DNA of 64,000 nt from Minisyncoccota bacterium (GTDB lineage: Bacteria; Patescibacteriota; Minisyncoccia; Phycocordibacterales; Phycocordibacteraceae), in NCBI GenBank assembly GCA_035627595.1, contig DASPLK010000001.1:5619-69618 (forward strand). Direction: 5' to 3'. The position numbers were made by a program, and so were the translations under genes. Positions 38,163 to 47,338 of this stretch are shown here, piece after piece. Within the stretch, counting starts at the first letter, position 1. Every line of letters begins with the position of its first letter. Below the pieces are notes generated by a model. The model did not search any database. It was given only the letters and a program-made list of their open reading frames with translations, and was not told where the DNA came from.

Positions 38163-39038
38163 ATGTCACTACCATTCATATATGCACTTCTAAGCGTTCT
38201 TGCGATAAGCCTCGTGTCCCTCATCGGTCTGTTCGGCCTTTCGCTTCGGGAGCGTACGTTGAAGACTTCGCTCTTCGCGCTTGTTTCCCTCGCGGTGGGC
38301 GCGCTTCTTGGAGACGCCTTTATCCACTTAATTCCCGAAGCATTTGCGGAGAGTACGAATGCGCTGTCAGTTTCCCTTGCGATCGTTGCGGGTGTGCTCT
38401 CCTTCTTTGTTATTGAGAAGGTGCTTCACTGGCACCATCATCAGGGCATCGAGGATGTTGAACACGGCACGAAGCCAGTCGGCAAACTCATCCTGATCTC
38501 AGACGGTTTCCACAACTTCATCGACGGCATTATTATCGGCGCAAGCTACCTCGTCTCCCCTGAGGTGGGCGTCGCGACAACGATCGCAGTTATTCTCCAT
38601 GAGATCCCGCAAGAAATTGGCGATTTCGGGGTACTCATCCATGCGGGATTCTCGCGCGCAAAGGCGCTCTGGTATAACTTCATTTCTGCACTTGCTGCAG
38701 TCGCTGGAGCCGTCCTTGTATTCTTCCTAGGTTCGAATGTTGAAGGCATCGTCACATTCATGGTGCCGATTGCCGCAGGAGGATTCATCTACATTGCGCT
38801 CTCCGACCTCATACCGGAATTGCACAACAATGAGGATAAGAGTGCGCGCCATGCTCTGCTCCAGTTCTTCTGGATCATCATCGGCGTACTCCTTATGGTC
38901 CTATTGATCGGCATCGAAGGAGACGGACATGCGCATGGCGACGAGTCGCACACGGAAGAGGTGCATGAGATTGATGGCTCTCTCCACGAAGAAGAGCACG
39001 GTCACGAGCTCGACCTACATCTTGAGGAAGCACACTAA
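38163..39038 (+). CDS. ZIP-family (ZupT-like) zinc transporter with a His-rich C-terminal tail; the ORF track start at 38040 is probably upstream read-through
   Basis: HNFIDGIIIGASY and HEIPQEIGDFGVL metal-binding TM motifs. The tail is HAHGDESHTEEVHEIDGSLHEEEHGHELDLHLEEAH. Confidence 0.8.
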   Translation: MSLPFIYALLSVLAISLVSLIGLFGLSLRERTLKTSLFALVSLAVGALLGDAFIHLIPEAFAESTNALSVSLAIVAGVLSFFVIEKVLHWHHHQGIEDVEHGTKPVGKLILISDGFHNFIDGIIIGASYLVSPEVGVATTIAVILHEIPQEIGDFGVLIHAGFSRAKALWYNFISALAAVAGAVLVFFLGSNVEGIVTFMVPIAAGGFIYIALSDLIPELHNNEDKSARHALLQFFWIIIGVLLMVLLIGIEGDGHAHGDESHTEEVHEIDGSLHEEEHGHELDLHLEEAH

Positions 39039-39039
39039 G

Positions 39040-39068
39040 AAAAAGGCCGGGTATCCCGGCCTTTTTTA
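39040..39068. terminator. Bidirectional terminator (aaaaaggccgggtatcccggcctttttt)
   Basis: Hairpin with A5 and T6 flanks between convergent genes. Confidence 0.55.
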
Positions 39069-39734
39069 GTTCCCCTGTAGGGTCTCGAGCATCCGAAGGA
39101 GTGCTGCGTGTTCGGGAAGCGTCATGATATCAAGCGACGAGTCCGTCCAGCTCATGACATCACGCTCCAGCACCTCGAACCGGAGCACATCGGCGGCACG
39201 CGCAAGATAGTAGACAGTATGCACTTGCGCCTCGAAACGCTCTACCGTGATAGTGCGGTATGAACGCCCAGCAACGGTAGCGAATCCGAACTCCTCTATG
39301 GACTCCGGCTGCATTCCAGAAGGCTCGAGCATTGTGTTCTCGAGCATGACCGCGTCAGCGGTTCCGCCTACCGGTATTTCATAACGGCGCACCACAATCG
39401 CATGTGCAGGCGATCCTTCCATACCTGGCTTCTCAAATGCCGCAATCAAGGTTGGATCACCACCAGGTGCTGCATGATTCTGTGCATATCCCTCCGGAAT
39501 CGCGAATGCTATTCCGATTGAAGAGAGTTCAACGTTCGGAAGTGGGCACGGCGCAAACGCGCAGGTCGGACCAGTCCTTCCAACACTCTGTCCGTCCGGA
39601 CAAAGTTTTGCCTCCATAGTGCAAGCGGTCTCGCCCGGCTGAGGAATCGCATTACGCTCAAGGATGTTCCTGTAGAGGAAGCCGCCGAGTCCGACGACGA
39701 TTATAAGTACGACTCCTGCAATAATCTGCTTCAT
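39066..39734 (-). CDS. Hypothetical membrane-anchored protein with a Cys-rich juxtamembrane segment
   Basis: N-terminal TM helix, then CTMEAKLCPDGQSVGRTGPTCAFAPCP. The rest has no recognised motif. Confidence 0.4.
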   Translation of the reverse strand: MKQIIAGVVLIIVVGLGGFLYRNILERNAIPQPGETACTMEAKLCPDGQSVGRTGPTCAFAPCPLPNVELSSIGIAFAIPEGYAQNHAAPGGDPTLIAAFEKPGMEGSPAHAIVVRRYEIPVGGTADAVMLENTMLEPSGMQPESIEEFGFATVAGRSYRTITVERFEAQVHTVYYLARAADVLRFEVLERDVMSWTDSSLDIMTLPEHAALLRMLETLQGN

Positions 39735-39737
39735 ATG

Positions 39738-40148
39738 CTATTGAGTTGATTCCTTCTTAAGTGAGTCTCGGATCTCTTCAAGCACCGTGAGCTCGGGGCT
39801 CTTTGGTGCCGGCTCTATCTTCCCTTCTTCTTCGTCCTTCTTTGCTTTCGCGACAAGCGAATTTATCGCCTTCACGAGGAGGAAGAGCGCGAACGCGGTG
39901 ATGATGAAGGTAATGATTGCTTGAATGAAAAGACCGTACTGAATAGTTGCGTCCGTGTTCGGTATCGCGATCGCAAGATCCGCGAAATTAATACCTCGAG
40001 TTAGCAAGGAGAGCGGTGGCGTGATGACATTAGTGACGAGCGAAGTGGTTATCGCATTGAACGCAGCGCCGATTACAACACCGACTGCCAGATCGATAGC
40101 ATTGCCGCGGAGGGCGAACTTCTTGAATTCATCGAAAAAGGATTTCAT
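39738..40148 (-). CDS. mscL: Large-conductance mechanosensitive channel; the ORF track extends to 40259
   Basis: MKSFFDEFKKFALRGNAIDLAVGVVIGAAFNAITTSLVTNVITP. Confidence 0.85.
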   Translation of the reverse strand: MKSFFDEFKKFALRGNAIDLAVGVVIGAAFNAITTSLVTNVITPPLSLLTRGINFADLAIAIPNTDATIQYGLFIQAIITFIITAFALFLLVKAINSLVAKAKKDEEEGKIEPAPKSPELTVLEEIRDSLKKESTQ

Positions 40149-40213
40149 ACCGGGAGTATAGCAAAAGGGCGGGACCAAAAGGATCCCGCCCTCATCTGCA
40201 CGCCGCGGCCGAA

Positions 40214-40750
40214 CTAGGCAGCGAGCTTCTGCGTCGGGGTGCCGGTCAGCTGGCGCCACCCTCTCTCCCCGTCCTGCCTGTAGAACAGGAGGTCGGAAAG
40301 CGAAAGTGCCGTTTGAGGCAGCACCAGATTATGCGGCGATTCGGTCGCCATCGCGTACGCCTGAGCAATCGCCCCGGGCACGCACGACGTCAGGAGCGGC
40401 ACGTAGGCGGGCGTATCCATCAGGTCAGCAGACGGGCAGGACTCCATCGCGATTCCCTGCAGACGTTCAATGAGCGAGTCGGCGCCACTGAACTCTACCG
40501 CCAGGAACGTGCCCCGATTGGAAAACCCAGACGGGATGATGGCCGAGGCCGGCAGCTTCTTGAACTGGTCTGACAGCTTCTCGATGTCGTGCGGCTGCAG
40601 ACGCGTCGTAATGCAGACCGGAATCCACGAGTACCAGCGTTGGTCGTAGTTCTGACTGCCCAGCTCTGCCATGAGCTTGCTGCGGGCGGTCGAAATGACC
40701 TCGATATGGCGTGCCGGGACCCCAAGCGCAATTGCAAAGGTACTATTCAT
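40214..40750 (-). CDS. Hypothetical protein encoded in a GC-rich segment; possibly a degenerate 2H-phosphoesterase-like fold
   Basis: 178 aa in ~62% GC sequence. Two H-x-T-like positions read C-I-T-T and L-L-T-S. No confident family. Confidence 0.3.
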   Translation of the reverse strand: MNSTFAIALGVPARHIEVISTARSKLMAELGSQNYDQRWYSWIPVCITTRLQPHDIEKLSDQFKKLPASAIIPSGFSNRGTFLAVEFSGADSLIERLQGIAMESCPSADLMDTPAYVPLLTSCVPGAIAQAYAMATESPHNLVLPQTALSLSDLLFYRQDGERGWRQLTGTPTQKLAA

Positions 40751-40841
40751 TCTCTATGCCTCCTCACCTAAAATAGAGATGACGTGATACTAGCCCTAAA
40801 AGAAATGGCCGTCCACCCATGAACGGCCATTTCTTTATCTT

Positions 40842-40916
40842 TGGGCGACTACCGGGAATCGAACCCGAATCGACAGGACCACAACCTGTAGTGTTAACCG
40901 TTACACCATAGCCGCC
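40842..40916 (-). tRNA. tRNA-His (GTG) with a genome-encoded G-1 and an 8-bp acceptor stem
   Basis: Revcomp is GGCGGCTATGGTGTAACGGTTAACACTACAGGTTGTGGTCCTGTCGATTCGGGTTCGATTCCCGGTAGTCGCCCA. The cloverleaf folds, the anticodon loop is TTGTGGT, and C73 pairs with G-1. Confidence 0.8.
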
Positions 40917-40948
40917 ATGAACTCGCTTCTTATACCACGCGACGCGCT

Positions 40949-41518
40949 CTAACGGTAGCTCGGATTCTCTTCAGGTACGCCCTGGGACGCGTTTGCGAGT
41001 CGTGCGAGCGCAAACAAGAGGGACGAGAGCCGGTTCGCGTATGCCCTCGACGGATCCGAAATCTTTCGAAGTCCCAACTCATGCACCCCGACCAAGCGGC
41101 GTTCGGAGCGACGGGAGAGCGTGCGTGCAACATCGAGCATCGCGGACAGTTCGGTGCCACCAGCGATCGAGAATGATACGACCGGTGGAATAGCCGTCTC
41201 GATGGTATTAACCAACGTCTCGACTTGGGTCACCTTCGTCTTTCTAACCTTCTTGGGCGCGCCGGCAACCTCTGCCTGGATGATGAAAAGGGTCTCTTGC
41301 ACGTCGTGAAGAATTACAGAGGTCTTGTGCGTCTTCTTCCCTACCGTGATCGTTGGATCGATGCCATCACGAGCGCGTATTTTGCAGAACCCCAAGAACG
41401 CATTCAATTCATCCAACGTGCCAAGGCACTCCGGTACTTCGGATGATTTAGAAATACGGCTCTGGTTACACCCGAAGGTCTTAGTGGTGCCGTTGTCGCC
41501 TTTGCCGGTATAGAGCAT
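40949..41518 (-). CDS. ATP:cob(I)alamin adenosyltransferase, PduO type
   Basis: MLYTGKGDNGTTKTFGCNQSRISKSSEVPECLGTLDELNAFLG N-terminus and the helical-bundle C-terminus typical of PF01923. Confidence 0.8.
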   Translation of the reverse strand: MLYTGKGDNGTTKTFGCNQSRISKSSEVPECLGTLDELNAFLGFCKIRARDGIDPTITVGKKTHKTSVILHDVQETLFIIQAEVAGAPKKVRKTKVTQVETLVNTIETAIPPVVSFSIAGGTELSAMLDVARTLSRRSERRLVGVHELGLRKISDPSRAYANRLSSLLFALARLANASQGVPEENPSYR

Positions 41519-41536
41519 AGGACTTCAAAGATCTCC

Positions 41537-41959
41537 CTACTGCCAGAGCGTAAGAATGACCGCTGCAATAAGAAGCGCAACAAAGTTCTCCGCAATATGA
41601 AAGAGGAAAAGCTTCCAGTCTCCATCCTCAAACAGGACATCGTTTGCTTTAAGCGGAACGGTAAATCCGATCCAGACGAGAAGCGCGAGCATGAATGCTC
41701 CGCCAATACCGATAGGGCTGAGGAGTCGCACAAGAAGCGCGAGCACGAATGCAGTCACAAGCGCGCCGAGTGCCGCGAGCGCCATTGCTTTCTTCGCGCT
41801 TATCTTCATGTTCTTTACGCTCTCCGGCGTATATCCCTTGAGCTTCATCCAGTGCTTGCCGAACGCCGGGCCGTACCATAGCGCGCCGGTGCCCATGATG
41901 AGAACTGCGGCGAGGAGGACGGAGAGGTAATTGATAGCGACATCCATGAGAAATTCCAT
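41537..41959 (-). CDS. DUF1761-like small membrane protein
   Basis: 140 aa with 4 TM helices and the GALWYGPAFGKHWMKL motif. Confidence 0.45.
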   Translation of the reverse strand: MEFLMDVAINYLSVLLAAVLIMGTGALWYGPAFGKHWMKLKGYTPESVKNMKISAKKAMALAALGALVTAFVLALLVRLLSPIGIGGAFMLALLVWIGFTVPLKANDVLFEDGDWKLFLFHIAENFVALLIAAVILTLWQ

Positions 41960-42020
41960 TACAGGGTATGGCTCTTAGTATAAACCAATGGCCCCGCAAA
42001 TGCGGGGCCATTGGCGCCGG

Positions 42021-42102
42021 TGCCCAGGAGAGGACTCGAACCTCCACCCCCGAAAGGACATCCACCTCAAGGATGCGTGTATACCAATTTCACCACCTGG
42101 GC
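42021..42102 (-). tRNA. tRNA-Leu (GAG), long variable arm; 3' CCA not encoded
   Basis: Revcomp is GCCCAGGTGGTGAAATTGGTATACACGCATCCTTGAGGTGGATGTCCTTTCGGGGGTGGAGGTTCGAGTCCTCTCCTGGGCA. The anticodon loop is TTGAGGT. Confidence 0.8.
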
Positions 42103-42164
42103 AGGTGTGTCTGGCACTATAGCCGCTTCCCTTCCTTATGACAATAGGAAAAGAGAAAGGAGGC

Positions 42165-42743
42165 TTACGCCTCCTTCTTCTCTTCAGTCTCAGGAGCTGT
42201 CTCCTCGACTGCTGGTGCTTCCGGCTCACCTGCCTTCTCCTCTTCAGGAGCCATCTCGGTGCCGTCTGGTGCCTGTGCAGGATCCTGCTCCATCACCTCT
42301 TCAGGAGTTACCTCCTCCGGCTTCTCCTCCTCCTTGAAGTCATCCGTGGACATCTTCACGAGACGCATGTTGCGGAGCTGGCGGCGTACCTCACGTGCGA
42401 CCTTTTCGCGGATGAAGTAGAGCTTCGCGCGGCGGACCTTCGAGCGACGAACAATCTCGATCTTCTCGATGAACGGTGCGTATAGGGGGAAGATCTTTTC
42501 GACGCCAACACCCGACATGGTCGCGCGGACCGTGAAGGTAGCGCCTGCCTCGGTGCCGTGCTTCACGGCGATGACGAGACCCTCGAACATCTGGACGCGG
42601 GTCTTGCCTTTCTCAACGATTTTCTGGTGGACACGAACGGTATCGCCCGGCTTGATGCCGAGCTTTACACGCTCCTCGGTCCGTACAGGAGTTATCACGT
42701 TTTGCATGGGCCAGACTGTACCATAGGGCCTATTTAAACGCAA
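42165..42743 (-). CDS. rplS: 50S ribosomal protein L19 with an acidic Glu/Pro-rich C-terminal extension
   Basis: The [44 protein letters not shown] core and a ~60-aa [11 protein letters not shown] tail. Confidence 0.85.
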   Translation of the reverse strand: MRLNRPYGTVWPMQNVITPVRTEERVKLGIKPGDTVRVHQKIVEKGKTRVQMFEGLVIAVKHGTEAGATFTVRATMSGVGVEKIFPLYAPFIEKIEIVRRSKVRRAKLYFIREKVAREVRRQLRNMRLVKMSTDDFKEEEKPEEVTPEEVMEQDPAQAPDGTEMAPEEEKAGEPEAPAVEETAPETEEKKEA

Positions 42744-42756
42744 AAGGCGCCGCGCC

Positions 42757-43494
42757 TTAGGCGCTCCTTAAATACTCAGTTTCCGGGAATTTTTTGACCG
42801 CTTCCGCCATATCTGCCGGGATGGGTGAAGTTATCGAAACCCGCTCCCCGCTTATAAGCGGTATCTCGAGTCCGTAAGCATGGAGCCCGAGCCGAGGAAG
42901 CCCTAGGTCGCACGGACGCTTTGGCGCGTACAGAGAATCGCACACGATCGGATGATGGATCGCTTTCAGATGCACGCGGATCTGGTGCGTTCGGCCGGTA
43001 CGCGGCTTGGCTTCGATGAGGGAGTGGGTACCTATATCGGAAACGACGCGGTAATGCGTGATAGCGTCGCGCATGGTGCCGCGCGCTTTGGGCTGCGCGC
43101 TTCTCAAACGGAAATCCTTTCGAGAGCGGCCAATAGCAAAGTCGATGACGCCCTCGCGCTCTTTAGGCACGCCGTATGTAAATGCGAGATAGGTCTTCTG
43201 TACATCGCGGCTCTTAAACGCTTCCTTTAGGTGTGCGTGTGCCTCCTTAGTCTTACAAAATACGAGAACGCCCGAGGTCTCACGGTCGAGTCGATGCACG
43301 ACGCCGGGACGATGGAGCTCTTTGCCGTTTACCAAATACTGCGTCTCCCCCACCTCTACAGATGCAGGGTATGTGCGCGCGAACCAATCGCTCGCGGTCT
43401 CATCAGTCGTTGTTGCATCCGGATGCGTCATGACGCCTGCGGGCTTATCGACTGCAACTATCTCTTCGTTCTCAAATAGAATCTTGAGGTCCAT
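42757..43494 (-). CDS. RluA-family pseudouridine synthase
   Basis: [13 protein letters not shown] catalytic motif. Confidence 0.85.
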   Translation of the reverse strand: MDLKILFENEEIVAVDKPAGVMTHPDATTTDETASDWFARTYPASVEVGETQYLVNGKELHRPGVVHRLDRETSGVLVFCKTKEAHAHLKEAFKSRDVQKTYLAFTYGVPKEREGVIDFAIGRSRKDFRLRSAQPKARGTMRDAITHYRVVSDIGTHSLIEAKPRTGRTHQIRVHLKAIHHPIVCDSLYAPKRPCDLGLPRLGLHAYGLEIPLISGERVSITSPIPADMAEAVKKFPETEYLRSA

Positions 43495-43526
43495 AGGACT
43501 ACGCTAACGCGAACGGTGCCTTTTCG

Positions 43527-44246
43527 CTACTTTCCCATCCGCCGCTCGCGCTTTTGAAACTCAGCGAGCATGCTGAGAAGTTCTTCCTTTTCGAAATCCG
43601 GCCAGAGCGTATCAGTGAACATAAGCTCGCTGTACGCGCTGCCCCAGGTAAGAAAATTAGAGAGTCGCATCTCTCCGCCTGTCCGGATAATGAGGTCCGG
43701 ATCAAGAAGCCCTTTGCTCCACATCGCTTCCTTAAGCGAGTCTTCTGTCACTTCTTTTCCGGCCAGCTTCCTCGCCGCATCAAGTATTTCGGCACGTCCG
43801 CCATACGAGAGCGCGATAATAAGCGTGCTGCGCCCATTACCCTTCGTGCGCGCTTCTACTCCCTGCATCTTTCTTCTGAACATAGGCGAAAACCGCTCGC
43901 TCTCGCCAATGAAGCGTATGCAAATCCCATCCTCCTCCAGTTCCTGTAGACCCTCTGAAAGCACGTGCTCAAGCAGTTGCATGAGGTACGACACCTCCGC
44001 CTCGCTCCTGTTCCAGTTCTCGGTTGAGAACGCATAGACCGTAAGCTCCCGCACACCCGCTTCTCGCGCCCAACGAGCCACTTCCTTCAGCTTTTCGAAT
44101 CCATGCTTATGACCATCCATACTCAATAGGCCGTGCGCTTTCGCCCAGCGACGATTGCCGTCCATGATGATGCCAACCGCATCAGGCATAAGTAATGGAA
44201 AACTTTGTGTACTGCCCGATCGCCGGAGACCAGCTGACAGCGACAT
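43527..44246 (-). CDS. uppS: Undecaprenyl diphosphate synthase; the start is possibly at Met20 (44189)
   Basis: IIMDGNRRWA, AFSTENWNR and the C-terminal RTGGEMRLSNFL. Confidence 0.9.
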   Translation of the reverse strand: MSLSAGLRRSGSTQSFPLLMPDAVGIIMDGNRRWAKAHGLLSMDGHKHGFEKLKEVARWAREAGVRELTVYAFSTENWNRSEAEVSYLMQLLEHVLSEGLQELEEDGICIRFIGESERFSPMFRRKMQGVEARTKGNGRSTLIIALSYGGRAEILDAARKLAGKEVTEDSLKEAMWSKGLLDPDLIIRTGGEMRLSNFLTWGSAYSELMFTDTLWPDFEKEELLSMLAEFQKRERRMGK

Positions 44247-44457
44247 TCTCTACGTTCGCGAGCAAGGGACCACGATGCAGTTTCTCGATATAACGCTCCA
44301 ATTTTTTGTGCTCCCCTTCCGCTGTGACGCGCACCGTGCCGTCTGGAAGATTCATAACTTCACCCACGAGTTTCAGGCCGCGCGCCTTCCGCTGGGCAAA
44401 ATCCCGATACATAACCATCTGCACCCTGCCTGATACGATTGCCTCAATCCGCTCCAT
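44182..44457 (-). CDS. acyP: Acylphosphatase; only the C-terminal 92 codons of the 195-aa ORF-track entry
   Basis: IVSGRVQMVMYRDFAQRKARGLKLVGEVMNLPDGTVRVTAEGE matches the acylphosphatase signatures. The upstream part of the ORF runs through tRNA genes. Confidence 0.65.
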   Translation of the reverse strand: MERIEAIVSGRVQMVMYRDFAQRKARGLKLVGEVMNLPDGTVRVTAEGEHKKLERYIEKLHRGPLLANVENVAVSWSPAIGQYTKFSITYA

Positions 44458-44531
44458 AGATAGATAGAACCAGAGCATAGCGCACTGGGTTACTTTAAAA
44501 ACGTGAAGAAGTGCGTTAAGGTATTCCCGAT

Positions 44532-44604
44532 GCGCGCTTAGCTCAGTTGGTAGAGCACCCCGTTTACACCGGGATGGTCGGGGGTTCGAGTCCCTCAGCG
44601 CGCA
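44532..44604 (+). tRNA. tRNA-Val (TAC)
   Basis: GCGCGCTTAGCTCAGTTGGTAGAGCACCCCGTTTACACCGGGATGGTCGGGGGTTCGAGTCCCTCAGCGCGCA. The anticodon loop is TTTACAC. Confidence 0.8.
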
Positions 44605-44611
44605 CCGATAG

Positions 44612-44640
44612 AAAAAGGACGCATTTATGCGTCCTTTTTC
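44612..44640 (+). terminator. Rho-independent terminator (aaaaaggacgcatttatgcgtcctttttc) after tRNA-Val
   Basis: Perfect hairpin followed by a T5 run. Confidence 0.6.
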
Positions 44641-44645
44641 ATTTG

Positions 44646-44727
44646 TGCGCATGAGAGGACTCGAACCTCCAAGGATTGCTCCATACGCTTCTGAGGCGTA
44701 CGCGTATACCAATTCCGCCACATGCGC
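44646..44727 (-). tRNA. tRNA-Leu (CAG), long variable arm
   Basis: Revcomp is GCGCATGTGGCGGAATTGGTATACGCGTACGCCTCAGAAGCGTATGGAGCAATCCTTGGAGGTTCGAGTCCTCTCATGCGCA. Confidence 0.8.
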
Positions 44728-44760
44728 AGCTTTCAGAGAATATACCAGAACGAAATGCTG

Positions 44761-44832
44761 TGCCCCCACCAGGAATCGAACCTAGATCAAGAGCTTAGAA
44801 GTCTCCTGCTTTATCCATTAAGCTATAGGGGC
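44761..44832 (-). tRNA. tRNA-Arg (TCT); one mismatch at 31-39 of the anticodon stem
   Basis: Revcomp is GCCCCTATAGCTTAATGGATAAAGCAGGAGACTTCTAAGCTCTTGATCTAGGTTCGATTCCTGGTGGGGGCA. The anticodon loop is CTTCTAA. Confidence 0.65.
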
Positions 44833-44851
44833 ATTAGGTAGCTTAGCTAGC

Positions 44852-45205
44852 CTAGAGCGAAGGGTCAACGAACTGGTACTCACTCTGGAACCGTTGTGCT
44901 TCGGCGGCCCTCTCAGCAAACAACGCCTCCGTCTCTTTTAGCGCCTCTGGCGAGATTGTGTTTGAAGTCGTTGGGAGGTTCAAGATTGGATCAGCCTTAG
45001 CCCCTTCCAGATACTCCCAGGTCGCAAAGACCGCAAGTCCAGCGAGAAGGACAATCGTAGAGACGACAAGTACGACCCAATCGCGCGCAGGTCGTACCCG
45101 TGATCCGTAGGAGATGCGCGGGAGCGAGGTGAGCTTGGGATTTAGTGAGGAAAGGTTCATGGTGCTAGTTCGGTACCTACCGTAAAGTTTGCTGCTGCGG
45201 TCCAC
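44852..45205 (-). CDS. Small single-TM protein downstream of pilO, possibly a pilus-assembly accessory protein
   Basis: 117 aa with a TM helix WVVLVVSTIVLLAGLAVFATW. Position only. Confidence 0.35.
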   Translation of the reverse strand: MDRSSKLYGRYRTSTMNLSSLNPKLTSLPRISYGSRVRPARDWVVLVVSTIVLLAGLAVFATWEYLEGAKADPILNLPTTSNTISPEALKETEALFAERAAEAQRFQSEYQFVDPSL

Positions 45206-45681
45206 GCAGCGCCCTCCGCGTCTGTAGCGTCGAGTGAGATGTTCGTGAGAGTGATGTCATATGGCGCGAACTCGAGCGTTCCCACGGTGCGCATCACTGC
45301 TTCGAATGAGCCGCGCACCTGCAACGCGAGCGAAAGCATCGTGCGCCCAGTCTCAGCCGTATCCTCATTCACACTTACCACCGATACATCCGCGCCAAAT
45401 GCATCACCTGCGGTCCCCACGCTTTCAAGAAATGAGACGGCTGCAGTCGCGGGAACAAAGTAACCTTTTATACGCGCCTCGCTTTCGGTAAGTACTGAAA
45501 GCGCGCTCTGCGCCTCGTGTATGTTCATGAGCTCCGCGTTCTTCTGCTGCGCCTCCGTCTCTGCAGAGACGATGCGCGACCCAATGCCCTCCACATGGAG
45601 GTACGAAAATACGTAGGCAGCCACTGATGCGATCAAGAAGAGAGCGGCTATGGAGAGCTGGGTTAGTACGGCGTTCTTCAT
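45157..45681 (-). CDS. pilO: PilO-like type IV pilus assembly protein
   Basis: N-terminal TM helix, then a coiled-coil and a ferredoxin-like domain. Gene order pilM-pilN-pilO with 4-nt overlaps. Confidence 0.5.
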   Translation of the reverse strand: MKNAVLTQLSIAALFLIASVAAYVFSYLHVEGIGSRIVSAETEAQQKNAELMNIHEAQSALSVLTESEARIKGYFVPATAAVSFLESVGTAGDAFGADVSVVSVNEDTAETGRTMLSLALQVRGSFEAVMRTVGTLEFAPYDITLTNISLDATDAEGAAWTAAANFTVGTELAP

Positions 45682-46235
45682 GGCGTAAAGGGTCCTGTGA
45701 GGGTGATGATGAACTCGAGGTCGATCTCCTTCGCATACGTACTGATCGGCAGATTGGTTGCCTCGATGAATGGAAGAGCTGCGAGCGCCTGATCGTAGTT
45801 CTGAAGTGCGCTTCTTGTTCCCGCGGTGCCCGAGATATTCATGGTATGCGTGCCGTCTGGCGAAGGTGTGAACGCGATGTGCGTGATTCGTATATCCTCG
45901 TGCGGCACAGCGAGCACGGCGCGTACAGCGCTTGTCCCCGAGGACTGCGTCTTAAGCCGCGATAGATGTTCTACATCGTCTGAAAGACGCGTCAGGCGCT
46001 CCCCTACTTCTTTCTCCTGTGCGTTATCAAGTAGCGCATTCAGGCGCGCAAGATCTGCTTCTTTCACGCGGAGCTCCTGGCTGAACGCAAGGTATGGCGG
46101 TACGAGCATCGCAGCACCCATCAAGATTGCCACACCAAAAAGTGAGAGCGTGACGGTCGCCAAGCGCATGAAGTACTCACGCGTGAACGCGCGGCGCTTT
46201 TCAGGGGGGAGCAGATTGGTTAGTTCACGGGACAT
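45678..46235 (-). CDS. pilN: PilN-like type IV pilus assembly protein
   Basis: Short cytoplasmic N-terminus LLPPEKRRAFTREY (the PilM-binding motif), a TM helix and a periplasmic coiled-coil. Confidence 0.55.
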   Translation of the reverse strand: MSRELTNLLPPEKRRAFTREYFMRLATVTLSLFGVAILMGAAMLVPPYLAFSQELRVKEADLARLNALLDNAQEKEVGERLTRLSDDVEHLSRLKTQSSGTSAVRAVLAVPHEDIRITHIAFTPSPDGTHTMNISGTAGTRSALQNYDQALAALPFIEATNLPISTYAKEIDLEFIITLTGPFTP

Positions 46236-47298
46236 ATTCTCTCAGCGCAAGGCCGATTGCTGTGCCATAGGCCAAAGACCCCATGTAATCGACTGGCGGC
46301 AGCCACTCATCGCGCGACGCCATGTTTGTAAATACGTCCCCGAGTTCGACCGGCAGCTTCAGGGATGCCTCAAGATATTCCGGAAGGCCGCGCACGGTCG
46401 CGTTGCCGCCCACCAATATCACGCGCGTTACTTTATCGGTTGCGCGATCCTGCCAATACTGGAGACGTCGCGCGATCTCTTCGCGCACGGCAGAAACGGT
46501 CGAGAGCATCGCTGCGACGTACTCGTCATTCCCCTCGCCACCCATAAGCCCCTTCTCCGCTTTCACTTTTTTTGCTTCCTCCTCGGTCACTCCGAAGTAC
46601 TTCTGCACCGCGAGCGTGAGCGCATGACCGCCAATATCCAGCGTGGTTGTGAAGCGCGGCATGCGGCAGCTAACCACCATAAGCTTCGTCGTCGTACGGC
46701 CGATGTCGATAATAAGCACCGTCTCCTTATCGCCATGCGGCAGGAGCGCGCGCGCAAGCGCGAACGTCTCGCCTTCCATGGCACGCACGCGTATGCCGGC
46801 AGCGTCCATGATTTCAAGAAGCTCATCCACCACGCGGCGCGCGTACCCAACGCCAACAACCTGTGTCTCTGCACCCTGCATCGCTAGTGGCGCGATGTCG
46901 AATATGGTCTCTGCAGGCGGCAACGGCACATACTCATCTATCCGCTGCTCGGCTGCAGTGCGCATCTCGCTTGGTGTTATGCCTGGCACTGTCGCTTCGA
47001 ACAAATATCCGCGGCTCTCCGAGAGCGCGATGTTCGCGAAGCGAACATGGTATTTCTTTGCGAGCGCTGAGAGTGTATCGACGACCTTCTGCTTATCCGC
47101 AATTTCGCCACCTGTCACTATTCCCTCCGGAAGACGCACTTCTGCAAACTGAGATAGCTCAAGCCCATGCAGTCGTTCCTTGAGAAGGACCATCTTTATA
47201 CCGCTTGCAGAAATATCAATGCCAGCAGTTGGCAGAGAGAGGTATGACGGCGGCGGAAACTCGACGCGCGCAAGACGTTTAAGGTCGATGCGTGACAT
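46225..47298 (-). CDS. pilM: PilM, actin-like ATPase of type IV pilus assembly
   Basis: GIDISASGIKMVLL N-terminal phosphate-1 motif and the actin/FtsA-like fold blocks (VGGNATV, DIGGHAL). Confidence 0.8.
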   Translation of the reverse strand: MSRIDLKRLARVEFPPPSYLSLPTAGIDISASGIKMVLLKERLHGLELSQFAEVRLPEGIVTGGEIADKQKVVDTLSALAKKYHVRFANIALSESRGYLFEATVPGITPSEMRTAAEQRIDEYVPLPPAETIFDIAPLAMQGAETQVVGVGYARRVVDELLEIMDAAGIRVRAMEGETFALARALLPHGDKETVLIIDIGRTTTKLMVVSCRMPRFTTTLDIGGHALTLAVQKYFGVTEEEAKKVKAEKGLMGGEGNDEYVAAMLSTVSAVREEIARRLQYWQDRATDKVTRVILVGGNATVRGLPEYLEASLKLPVELGDVFTNMASRDEWLPPVDYMGSLAYGTAIGLALREYVP

Positions 47299-47338
47299 TA
47301 CCTACAGAGTATAGCGTGCTCGTGTATATGAAGTCGTG

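Noticed and set aside
44182-44769. 195-aa ORF-track entry treated as a single gene
   Set aside because: The N-terminal 104 codons run through tRNA-Val, tRNA-Leu and a terminator. Only the last 92 codons (acylphosphatase) are credible.
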